DNA of 33,692 nt from Priapulus caudatus (taxonomy: Eukaryota): positions 71,458 through 105,149 of the forward strand of contig NW_014577080.1 in NCBI RefSeq assembly GCF_000485595.1, in the 5' to 3' direction. The notes under the pieces are model-generated. The model ran no database searches. It saw only the letters and a program-made list of their open reading frames with translations, and was not told the origin of the DNA. Below are positions 1 through 12,000 of the stretch, one piece after another. The position numbers and the translations under genes are program-made. The stretch's first letter is position 1, and each line of letters opens with the position of its first letter.

Positions 1-129
1 CCACTACGACTATAGCTCTAGTACTATAGCCCTACTACTAATATACTATTGATGTAAATGACATTGGTTTTATTGGGACCCATGTTCTCTATCCTTGAAC
101 CACTACTACTAGTACAGCCACTACGACTA

Positions 130-761
130 TAGCTCTAGTACTATAGCCCGCGTACATTGACTGCCGCAGGCCTATAGCACATTGTCGGCTGGAAATACTA
201 ACTGCAACCTGTCATCACCTGTCCCCACAAAAAATGGATCGCAAAACGCAAAATTATCGGGCTTTTTAACACTTACCGGTATCTATCTACGTGGACATCT
301 CACCTATCTTTTTGAACACTTTACACAACTTTACACCATGTATTTATCCTTTTATTCCACAAAGTAAGCACTACTGGAAATTCCCGTTTGAAATTCTGGC
401 GTGCGTACGCGTGACATCACCGGTATTGTATATACATGCCATGTGTTTTGCCTACAGATCCGGTGCATGTATATTATACAATACCGGTGACGTCACGCGT
501 ATGCACGCCAGAATTTCAAACGGGAATTTCCAGTAGTGCTTACTTTGTGGAATAAAAGGATAAATACATGGTGTAAAGTTGTGTAAAGTGTTCAAAAAGA
601 TAGGTGAGATGTCCACGTAGATAGATAAGTGTTAAAAACCCCGATAATTTTGCGTTTTGCGATCCATTTTTCGTGGGGACAGGTTGCAGTTGGTATTTCC
701 AGCTGACAATGTGCTATAGCTCTGCGGCAGTCAATGTACGCGGGCTATATTACTAGAGCTA
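130..761. mobile_element. Fold-back palindrome, probably a non-autonomous TIR element (MITE)
   Basis: About 130-439 is the reverse complement of about 466-761 with few differences; spacer about 26 nt; no coding capacity. Confidence 0.75.
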
Positions 762-938
762 CTACGACTAGTAGTAGTACTACTAGTACTAGGGGGCCTA
801 CTACTAGTAGTACTAGTAGTACTAGGCCTACTACTAGTAGTACTAGTAGTACTAGGCCTACTACTGCTACTACTACTACTACTAGTAGTACTAGTAGTAC
901 TAGGCCTACTACTGCTACTACTACTACTACTACTAGTA
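762..938. repeat. Compound (CTA/TAG) micro/minisatellite with recurring aggcctactact units
   Basis: Read directly; related units also occur at 1-130. Confidence 0.9.
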
Positions 939-1417
939 GGGATGTTACAAAATATTGAGATGTCATAAATATACCCTAAAACCTTTGCCATCTGAAAGAG
1001 CATGACAATACATTTAATTTGATACCTTATTCACTTCCATACTTTTAGGCTTTAGTTTTAAGGAAGTTATGGTAATTTTCATTTGCATAAATTTTCATAT
1101 TGATCCCCATTGGTTTTCTATTGTGTTGAAACAAAAGTTGTGATCGAGGATAACCTACGGCAACTGAAGAACAAAAATGCTCATAACTTTCTTCAGGGTA
1201 AAGAATTCTATGTGAAATTTGTACAAAAAGTAGATTGAAGTATTTTGGATCAAATACATGATTTGTCTTTATAACAATCACATTTAATTACATAATTATT
1301 AATTAATTAATTATTAATATGCCGCGCCCGTTAGCCCTGAAATCGACAGGGTCTTACTCAGGGTGTTGCGCTAATTCATTTTACCAACAACTGTGTCGCT
1401 TGCACTGTTTTTTTGTA

Positions 1418-1771
1418 NNNNNNNNNNNNNNNNNNNNNNNNNNNNNNNNNNNNNNNNNNNNNNNNNNNNNNNNNNNNNNNNNNNNNNNNNNNNNNNNNNN
1501 NNNNNNNNNNNNNNNNNNNNNNNNNNNNNNNNNNNNNNNNNNNNNNNNNNNNNNNNNNNNNNNNNNNNNNNNNNNNNNNNNNNNNNNNNNNNNNNNNNNN
1601 NNNNNNNNNNNNNNNNNNNNNNNNNNNNNNNNNNNNNNNNNNNNNNNNNNNNNNNNNNNNNNNNNNNNNNNNNNNNNNNNNNNNNNNNNNNNNNNNNNNN
1701 NNNNNNNNNNNNNNNNNNNNNNNNNNNNNNNNNNNNNNNNNNNNNNNNNNNNNNNNNNNNNNNNNNNNNNN
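1418..1771. other. Assembly gap (N run); other gaps at 21058-21082 and 32010-32521
   Basis: N characters. Confidence 1.
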
Positions 1772-2100
1772 NGCGGATTTGGGCAAAGCTTCGACAGACG
1801 TCAACATTTTTCGGGACAAATGACACGTTCGAATCATCAAGATTTGCATAAATGTCACCAAAACAAGTTAAGATAGTTAAAGAAATGATGCACATATTTT
1901 TTTAGGGGATGCAACAACTTGCAATCTGTACTAAAACAGGCCCTCAGATGAGTCTAACTTTGAAGTTAGCTCATACGATCATCAAACGTAGCAGCATTTA
2001 GAATTAAAGATCGCCTCTCGGACCTCTGCAACAGATAACTAGTACACCGCACGCACACTGCTGTGCACAAACAACAAGAATGAAGAGTTGCGTGCATGCA

Positions 2101-2540
2101 GTGAGACTGTGTGTTGCAGAGGGGCATTTGGACGGAATTTACATGGAATTACTCGTTGATACTGATAGAGAACATATAAACACAAAGACATGTATGAGTA
2201 GCGAGAAATGCCCCATACTTCATACTTTGTAAATGGGGGGGTAGGCCCAGTGAAAAATTTGTAAGAAAGGCGGGCCAAAACGTCCTTCAACCGAGGGTAC
2301 TCGCCTGTTTTTGACTGTTTCTCACCATTGTAACGCTCGCGTATTTCACGTCATATCACTTATATTCACTCTGCTACGGCCCTAAAATTTCTGTTCATAA
2401 TTTTGCACGCGTCATTGACGCACTTATACTACTTGCTTTCCGCACACCTGCTCGATGGGCCGTAAGACTGTGTGTTGCAGAGGAGCAGTTGGACAGAATT
2501 TACATGGAATTACTCGTCGTAATAGAGAACATATAAACAT
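2101..2540 (+). repeat. About 80 bp imperfect direct repeat (2101-2183 and 2462-2540)
   Basis: gt(g/a)agactgtgtgttgcagagg...aatttacatggaattactcgt...atagagaacatataaaca occurs twice. Confidence 0.85.
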
Positions 2541-2887
2541 AAAGGTTTGGTAGTGAATACATTTTGTGTTTGTTTACCATCATGTTATTATTGAAACGTT
2601 CCCCGTTATACCTCGTTATAACGTCTAGTTATACCTTGTATAGACTGCTAATTCGTCCATACACTACAGTAAGGTAGCTCTAGCTCTACACACATGCTTC
2701 ATGCACTCACATTACTTGTCATTGTCCCCCAATGTTTCATTGAGTTTAATTTAATTTAATTTCCAATACTTCGTTTTTTTTGTAATGAGAACAAATACTT
2801 GAGATCGATTTCTGTTTGTTTGTGAGTAGGTTCCAATGTGATAGCTCACTCTCTACATAAGGCGCTGTTCATGACGCACCTGTGAAA

Positions 2888-2995
2888 ATGCCAAGCTCAA
2901 GATCTCGAGATTCCGCGAAAAACAGGGACAGGAAGCGCACTAGTGTGTTTGATCGACTTGGAATAAGCAAAAAGTCCCCAAAACATGGTGCAGAG
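2888..2995 (+). CDS. ZC3H13: ZC3H13 coding exon 1
   Basis: aaaATG; MPSSRSRDSAKNRDRKRTSVFDRLGISKKSPKHGAE; donor GAG|gtatgt, phase 0. Confidence 0.85.
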
Positions 2996-5685
2996 GTATG
3001 TCTATTTACATGTATAGCTTCTGTGAAACCCCCTTATTTTGAATGATCGAAATATGTGCATTATGTAAACGTTTATTTTTATATAACTGAAGCAATAACT
3101 TTAGTACATTAGTATTGCTGAAATTTCTAGTGTTGCCGATATATATACAAAAAATGGGCCATGTTTTGTAGGCTGTACTAAGTATATATGGTTACGGAAA
3201 GCACAAGTTAGTTTAATGAATATATGTATTATGAAGCACATATGAACCCTAGAGCAAACAATGCTAACAACTGGAAACCATGTAGACCTTGGTTTACGAG
3301 TAACGTTATGGAGATATTTTAAACAATGTTCTCTTTTATTAATAATCAGCTATTTTGGATTCATGAAGGCCGTCCGTTTGTCTCTGTCATATTAATTATG
3401 GCTCTGTGAGCCGCTGCCTGGCAGATCATAAGAGAATCATCTTAACGGGCCATTCCTGGCTGTGATAATCAGATATTGGTGCATTGTAATTTGTAGTGAA
3501 TTTTTAGCTTGGCTTAGGAAGCTGACAGCGATAAGTGGTTGATCTTATTAACTAAATCTAACATAGCTGATTATTAACAAATTAATACATGGTTCAAAAT
3601 AAGTGTATAACATTATTTAATTTGACTAAAACTAAGACATGGTTTCACTTTTTATCAATGTTCGCATTATAGTTTGTATGCTCTTGTTACGATTATTCAT
3701 TCTACACAGAGACAAAGTTCTTCCGCAACAGCACCAGACCGGCAAGAAAAGTGTCGCATTTTCCTTCGAAGTGGAAATTGTCCATATGGTGCCAAATGCA
3801 AGTTTCTTCATGAAGCACCTCCATCTAAATCACTAAGGTACCGTCATCTGGAACAGTTGAGTTTTGATGGTTTGTACTTTTCAGGTGATCACATGTAACC
3901 TGCAAATACATGGACTTAGGGAAGTAACTGATATATTTACTGTTCCTTACTTTGCATATGTAGGTACATGGAAATACAGACAGGCTATCAAAAGTTTCTC
4001 TCTGTGGTCGTTTGATCAGTCAGTCAGTTGGTCAGTCAGTCATTCTCCCAATAAACAGCATTCGTAAACATTTGTATGCACATTCATTTTTTAATTGCCA
4101 CATAAAATGGCACGAAAATGCCACGTTTATCAAAGACATGCCTATTTTATTGATAAATATAGTTTGCAAAGATGTAAAAAACCGTCATGTTTGTTTCTTC
4201 GTCATTTATTTGAGCGTGTGTGGATTGCATAGCAACACTTACTAGGATTCAGATTATTGCACTATAGCATCTAACATATAATTTATATGTTTATATATAT
4301 ATTCGTTTATATTATAAACGAAACATGACAGCACAATTAGTGTCGCAGTTAACTAATATTTAGTATTTCTTGTTTTAGTCTATCTGATTAAAATATTTTT
4401 ATACATAGAATGCTGACATAGAATTCTACTTTGAATACATCCACTGTTAGATATTGGGAGGGGGAATCCAGCTTTAATATTTGTTTATGTTGTAATGTAT
4501 CTGTTACAGGGATAAAGAAAGGTTGAGTGGAAAAGAGGAAATATCACCTGGAAAGGTATCTTAAATTAATATGCTATCTAAACAGTCGTCAGACTCAATT
4601 GTAGCTATTTGATTTTTGGTTAAACATTCCCAGTTTTTGTAATTACAACAATGCATTTCTAACAAATAGAAAAGTTCTGAAGTAGTCAAATTGGGCTCAT
4701 GTTTCGTGCTTGTGTGTTTACACATGTCTGCAATACTGCTTTCTTTAATGTTTGCTATATACTTTGTTCATTAAGTAAAGGTTTGAAGTGATTGACTTGA
4801 TACTATATAGAATGTAGGTGATCACTTGTATTTTATTCAGCATGGCCGTCACGTGGGAGAGAGTGGTGAGTCTCGTAAACGCCGTAAGAGCTCGAAGGTT
4901 CAATCTCGGGTGATTGTTTCTGGCCAAGAACTGGATAGTGTGAGCAGCAGCGATGATTCTGGAAATTACGATGGTAAGATGGTGGATTTATCGACCTGTC
5001 TCAGGTTGGAAGACATTTTGGCATAAGGAGCCGTTATTGGTATGAGCACAACGTAGTGGACTAGAAATTTATTAAAGAATACATGTGTTTATCAACAACT
5101 GTGCACAATAATGGTTAATATCTGCATCAGTTAAACTGGCATTTGTTGCTTTTTTTCCAATTGTTAGCATTGTGAATGTATATGTGCAATGTATATATGT
5201 CAAGTTGTTCCTGTGTGTATATAACTATATTTGGCAGATTGGAAAGCAAAAAAGGAGAAGGAGAAGATGATGGATTATCAGGAGGTGTTGCTGCTGGAGA
5301 AACAGAGGCAGAAGCTGCAGAGAGAGCTGGAGTTGGAACTGCAACGAGAACAGGAGACTGAGGCCAGGCAAAATATCGTCATAGCCAAACGCGTATGCAC
5401 ATTTGATCCCAGAAAAAGAAATATATATCCATATATATATATATATATATATATACTTCATCCAAGAGCCCTAATAAATAGCGAGACGCTGTACAACGGG
5501 AAAACGGGAAAAATTAGTGCCTATTTCACGGCCCCAATATTATTCTACCTTTGTGTGCGGTTCCAGCACTAAGTTCATGCGTATTGCGTTAGCAGCATTC
5601 TTCTTCATCTCTAAAAAAAAAAAAAAAAAATAATAAAAAAAAATAAAAAAAAAAAAAAAATAAAAAAAAAAAAAAAAAAAAAAAA

Positions 5686-5772
<87 letters not shown>

Positions 5773-5796
5773 AAAAAAAACAAAAAAAGAAAAAAA

Positions 5797-5837
<41 letters not shown>

Positions 5838-5883
5838 CAAAATAAAAAAAAAAAACAACATAAAAAAAAAAAAAAAAAAAACA

Positions 5884-5921
<38 letters not shown>

Positions 5922-5942
5922 AACAAAAAAAACAAAAAAAAA

Positions 5943-5978
<36 letters not shown>

Positions 5979-6023
5979 AAAAAAAAAAAAAAAAAAAAAG
6001 ATCAAAATAAAAAAAAAAAAAAA

Positions 6024-6067
<44 letters not shown>

Positions 6068-9000
6068 ATGCAGACCAACCGCTTCGTCTCTACGATACTC
6101 CTAGCCGATAGGAACATGAAATGCGCCAGGGTAATCATGCCTCCACAGCGCCTCACGCGGCCTCGGCATCTACAATTATCCCCAAACCTTCTCGCTTTTG
6201 CGGTTAGGAAAGTCGCTTCGTGAGAGTTCGGGTTGTTGTTCCGCGATAACTTTATGAATGAATGGCTTTTCGGTTATCATCCGCGTGTATTGGTGGCTTC
6301 ACCTAGGCCCTTATCTCTCATTATCTTTCCTAGCACGGCTAATGCCATAATGATGGAGCTGGCAATGTTTTCTCAATTAAGTCTCTACAACGCCAGCTCA
6401 GTTACTATATGGTGTAGAGTACTAAATTTGGGCATGTGACATCAATTATCAGCGCCTCAAGCGGCGACGGAAAACGATGTCAGAACCCACAAAAGGCGAG
6501 AGGGTTCGGGAATAAATGTAGTATGCGAGGCAGCGTGAGGCCTGTGGGAGGCATGATTACGCTCCAATATCTCGGCCTAGGAGTATTGTAGAGACAAGCG
6601 GTTGTTTATTTTAGAGAGCAAGAATGCTGCTTAAGGATACTCTCCACGTTGTGCATGAAATTTCATCGATTTTTCGTTTTCAACTTTATTCGATGGCTAA
6701 CACTATGTGCCACCTGTTACATGTTGATTTCTCCATATAACGGTACATGTGAACCGTCAGAGCGTTTTGCTTTGCCCGCGTACATGTGTAGTAAGCAGCG
6801 GCTGACGTCATTATGACGTCAGACACATGATACAACCAGCATTTTCTCGATATTCACTGAGCCAGTATCCATCCACATCAGGAGTAGATAATAGGGAATT
6901 CCCTATTATCTACTCCTAATCAACATCAACCCGGCTACAGCTGTACTACTACTCTGATCCAATAAGTATCCCACAAGAGCCAAAAATAAGTTCTCACACT
7001 CGCAACGCCACCTTACATAAGGAGCGCGTTTGTTGACAGTGACGTCAGGGCTCGCCGCCATTTGCATGAATTTGCGTTGGTCACCTCGTAATTTCTCGTA
7101 ATTTCTCAAGGTGCATGGAAACATTTTACCAATTTAGTGGTGTCAGTTAGTCATGGATATGTCGCAGTAAGTACTAACAGTAGATATTTCACATACGTTC
7201 ACCCATTTTGCACACAGGCGGTCACTCATTGTGAAAAATAGAAAACGCTTATTTCTCCGTTTCGATTTCTGACATAGTAGCCGATGTATAAATGGATATT
7301 TCTCTGTGATTACAACTCGGATTAATTTTAATTTTAACACTCGTTTTAATGCTAACATATTGTGGTAAAGAAGTGGCGTCAGGGATTGTTATTAAGGCCG
7401 TACTTTATTAGTTATGCCTCTTTGTTCGCTAAAATTTTCTATTTTAACACAACTTGATTTTTAACAGTTTTTCCAGTTTTCTCGCTAAATATGAAAATTA
7501 AAGAAAAATCTGACGCACTATTTTGGTCCATATTGTGCTTAATCATATGGCCAAAAATTTTGTATTCTCACCCTTTCTGGTAGTTGAGAAATATCCAAAA
7601 TACCATTTTTACATAAAATTTTCAAAATTTGTGTGTAACATAATTAGGTGCTGGAAATTTCATAATTTTTTTTGGCTTGAGCATAGAGATATATCTCCTC
7701 TATAAATAAAACAAGTGATTGATTCGATTCATTCGCCAATAAACGTTTAATCTTCACTAGAGCAATATCCCGCTGTACAACGTGGAGAGGATTCCTTAAC
7801 GCAATACCATGACTTAGTCCTCGCGACCGCACACAAAGTAGAATAATATTGCCGTGAAATATCACTATTTTCCTGTTTTCCCGTTTTACACTCTGGGTAT
7901 TTATTAGCTCTTGATATATATATATATATATATATCCACAATTGATGACGTGCTTCAGGAGTTTAATATGAGAAAATATGAGTTGATTGGAAGATATGAG
8001 GTACGAAGATGGTATTTTTTTTTCGCTTAAAACTCGGGATTCTGAACATTTGGTCTTCTAAGTCATGGAAAAGTACCGAAGAAATGTTTTGCATTAGGTG
8101 TACACACCCTGAATAGTAATTAAGCATTGTGCTACTGAGTCGAAGCTAGTAAACAAATCTGTATTTAAGAACCTTTATGTGGTTGCCACTGCACATTGTC
8201 TGCAATATGCCAGGATAAGAAATATATAAACTGCAACCAAAGGCAATTTTCGCAGTGGCATAAAACTGATTAAAAAGCCTTTTATACATGCCAACAGCAG
8301 GTTTCAGAGTCATCGGGTGATAGCGATTCTTCATCGGGGTCATCGTCGTCGTCGTCATCGTCGTCATCATCTGGTAGCAGCAGCAGCGGCAGCAGCAGTA
8401 GCACCGATAGCGAAAGTGAGAGTCCCTCGCCGGTGAAGCACAAGAAGCATGTTGCCAAGCGACAGCTCACTCGAGATGAGTACAAGAGTGAGTTGTCATG
8501 TTCCTGCTTCCTTCAGTATGCTGGCAACTTGGATTTCTCACCAGAGAAAATGGTGTACAGGGGTGTGCATAGCACACTATATTGTAATTGTGTTATAACT
8601 TATGCAAATGATAATGCCATTGTGCAGTGTTACGGCAATTGGAAATCGTATCAACTTGGTTATGTCGCAACATTTATCCTGGAAAAAAATCGCCTCCAGT
8701 TGGGTACAAGAAATGCAGAATGCTGAGTTTTTTTTAACAGTGGATGACAGTGAAATGTAGGTGAACATACACTAAACGATAAACAATGTTAGTTGTGGGG
8801 AAGTGTCTGTGAATGTTAGCAGACAGTATATATATGTGTTACAGAGAAAGTTGAACACAAGTCGTGTAAGACGTCCGCATCACCGGCTGGTAGCAAACAC
8901 AAGCAGCGTGTGCAAGAGATTCCTGCTATGGCCCACAAGAAGAAAAAGTAAGTGCATTTCATTCTGTCACTGAACCTCCTGTACTGTGCCTAATGACAGT

Positions 9001-12000
9001 AAGATGTTTACTTACCAAAAGTATGCAGAAACGTACAAGTTTATGTGATGAAGTTATTAATAGTATAACCATCATGATGGCAGTTATACATGGTGAATGT
9101 GTAGCATTGTATACCCCTCTTGTTTTTATCTTCTCATATTTTCTCTGTCATTTCTAATCTGTATACGTGTTAGTGCAGAAACACATCTCTAAGTTAATGT
9201 CTGTGTCATGCCTCAGCTAGTGACCTTATATGAATTCATGAGAATTGTTTCTTGTTGGTTTTATCAATTAGTTCATTTTGTTATTACCGTTTCAGAGTGC
9301 AGAGATATGAAGCAAAGCTACTCTCATTGAAGGAGAAAAAGGCATTAAAGCGAGATGCATCTTCTTCCTCTGAACCAGAAGTACCAAAAAGGAAAAACAA
9401 GTAGGTGGCTAATAAATAAACCCATGTCTATTAGAAAATAATTGCCTTCTCGGAAAAATATCTGGTTAATTCCTTTTTTTTAATACCAGGTTGCAAATGC
9501 ATAAACAGAAATATGAAGATGCCTCACCCGAACCCATGAGAATAGACAAGCATCATGTGAAGAAGCATTCCCAACCCCCACTAGACACCAGGAAGGCTAA
9601 GAAGGGAAAAGACAGAACAAAACTAATTGCAGAGAGAAAATCCATAACACCCGCAAGAATTGGCAATGTAAAGGGAAAACATGCCAAAAGAGAAGGCATT
9701 GTGAAGGAGAGGACGCACACCCCCAGCCAGGAAGGAGACGGGAAGAAAAGAAAAGGTGGCTTCGAGAGAAAGAAGAAAAAGCAAAGAGTAAGCCCGTCCC
9801 CGGAGCCTGTGAAACGCAAACGAGAGTATGCTGAACCAAAAGCACTTACACCCGCTAAAAAAGGAATGGAGAAGCAAAGGGTAAGATCTCGTAGCATATC
9901 CGTTGGCTCTCCTGGTTCTAAAAGCAGACATTCGTACGAGCGTGCGAGTGTAGAAAAACCCAGTAAGCAGTCTCTCTCGCCCGAGAGCAAGAAATTTACT
10001 ATGGCGAGGAAACGGCACGGCTCTCCTAAAACCGAGCACAAGTCTCGTATCGACGCGCACAGAGACAACAAGGTGAGGAAACTCGACTTGGTTGACGAAA
10101 GCGGCACGAGCGACCACCACGCCGCTCACAATAAATCCTGGCACAAGAGTCCCGGCAATCACAAGGACGATCCGAGCCGCCTGCACAGAAAGTCGCAGGA
10201 GAGCGGACGCCGGGGGCTGTCGCAGGATTCCGAGAAAGAACGCGAGAAGGTCGCGTGTCGACGCGACGCACCCGACGGCGGCGGCCGATACGAAGCCGAC
10301 CACCGGCAGCGAACTCCCGGCGGAAACTACGCGGACGACGCGAGGCAGTTTGCCGAAATACGCGCCGCCGCCGGCGACTACCAGGAGTCGGGCCGGCACG
10401 CCGCCGTCTACCAGGCGCAGGAGAAGCAGCAGCGCTACAAGGACCCGAAAGAGTACGATTACGGCGCGCGCGAGTCAACGACGCGCGAGCGGCGCGACTT
10501 CCCGCTGCTGCCGGACGACCGGCGACCGGACTACCAGCGGCTCGACGCGCTCCCCGATCCGCGGCCGCCGTACCTGTACGATCGCTACGGACGACCGATA
10601 GCCGTCGGACGCGCCGCGCTGGAAGACCGGCGGGCGCCGCTCGAAGACAGACGAGTCGCGATCGACGACAGGCGGCTGCCGATCGATGACAGGACGCAAA
10701 GCCTGCTGGACGACAGGCGCGGTCTGCGGGCGCTGGACGACCGGCCGGCGCCGTTAGACGACCGCCGCGGTCTCCTAGACGACAGACGCAGCCTCCTGGG
10801 TGACAGACGCGATCCGCTCGAGGAGAGGCGGAGTCTGTTGGATGACAGACACTTGCCCGACAGGCGGACGCCGCAGTTGGACACGAGGCGGACGGCGTAC
10901 GATCGCGCGTTCTTGGATGACAGACGGGCTTACATCCCCGATGACAGGCGTGCGTTTGTCGATGACAGACCACGATTGCCGCTAGATGATAGGCCCCCCC
11001 TCCTACCTACTGACACTAGGAGGGGCTTAGTAGACGAGCGAGCCGCATTAGCACTTGAGGAGAGGAGAGGTGTCCAGCCAAGGCAACCGTACAGGGATTT
11101 GTATGACGAAGGTACATTCTTTCAATTTCCATACAGCATATGAATATTTAAATTTAATTGATTAAATTTATTAATAATGAACAGTGAAATTTTTATGTAG
11201 CAGAATTTAAACCTATTTTAACTGAAAATATGCGAGGAACCTAGGGGTCATGTGTCCCATTAATTACTCAACATGAAGTTCATTTTATGTATGTGTTTGT
11301 AGTGCATATCTACGTCTACAGGAAGTGGCTTCTATCCTGTATTGAAGGAATAGTTATTCATATTCTTTAATAATATATATGATTGATGAATTATGTATTT
11401 TGTCATCAGAACTTTTCAGAGGTCTTCACGGAAGCAGGAGTCCTTTTGGTCTAGAACGAGATCCTTACAGAAGCTTACTAGCCGCCAGAGGTGTGAACAT
11501 ATAAGTATTCGGTTAAAGTCAAAATGTAGCAAACGTATTGAGATCTAAAATGTTATCATGTGCCCCATCTGGTGGCATGTGGGAATGATAATTGAACAGC
11601 TGCTATATTTCAATGTAATTCTAAATTATTTGTGAAATGGTTACCAGATTGAAAATGTGTTTGCGTAGGAACGGAGGTACTAGACCCTAGAGAGAGGTTC
11701 GCTGCAGACAGATTTCCAGAACTACCTCTGGAAGACAGGACAAGTCCATGGTTTGAGGCTCGCGGTCCAGCTCTCAATCGGTATCTATAAGTATTTGCTA
11801 AATCACCAATGCTGCAATTACTGCAGTGGTCATCATTGGGTAACCTCCCTGACTGCTGAGCTTTGCTGGTTTTTTGTGTATCTGTGTGACATACCATCGT
11901 GATTCTGCCCCCGTTTGGAATTTCTGCGTGAGATAACATCGTAACCGTCTGTCGTACGAACCGTGATTTTACATCGTTTAATTGTGACTTCTAGGTATGG

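Larger units (their letters stand above)
5462..7913. mobile_element. Non-autonomous DNA transposon with about 150 bp TIRs, inserted in a (TA)n tract (ZC3H13 intron 5)
   Basis: 5462-5591 plus 6631-6655 is the reverse complement of about 7774-7913; ends caagagc...gctcttg; (TA)n on both sides; no transposase ORF. Confidence 0.8.

Noticed and set aside
731..1003. Ser/Thr-rich and Val/Leu-rich ORFs
   Set aside because: Translations of the CTA/TAG repeat.
1319..1895. ORFs spanning N runs (also 31438-32765)
   Set aside because: Open only because of assembly gaps and microsatellites.
5589..6156. Poly-Phe ORFs, or a retroposed poly(A) tail
   Set aside because: The ORFs are translations of an impure A run. 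The run sits inside a TIR arm with no upstream retro-copy, so it is probably an artefact.
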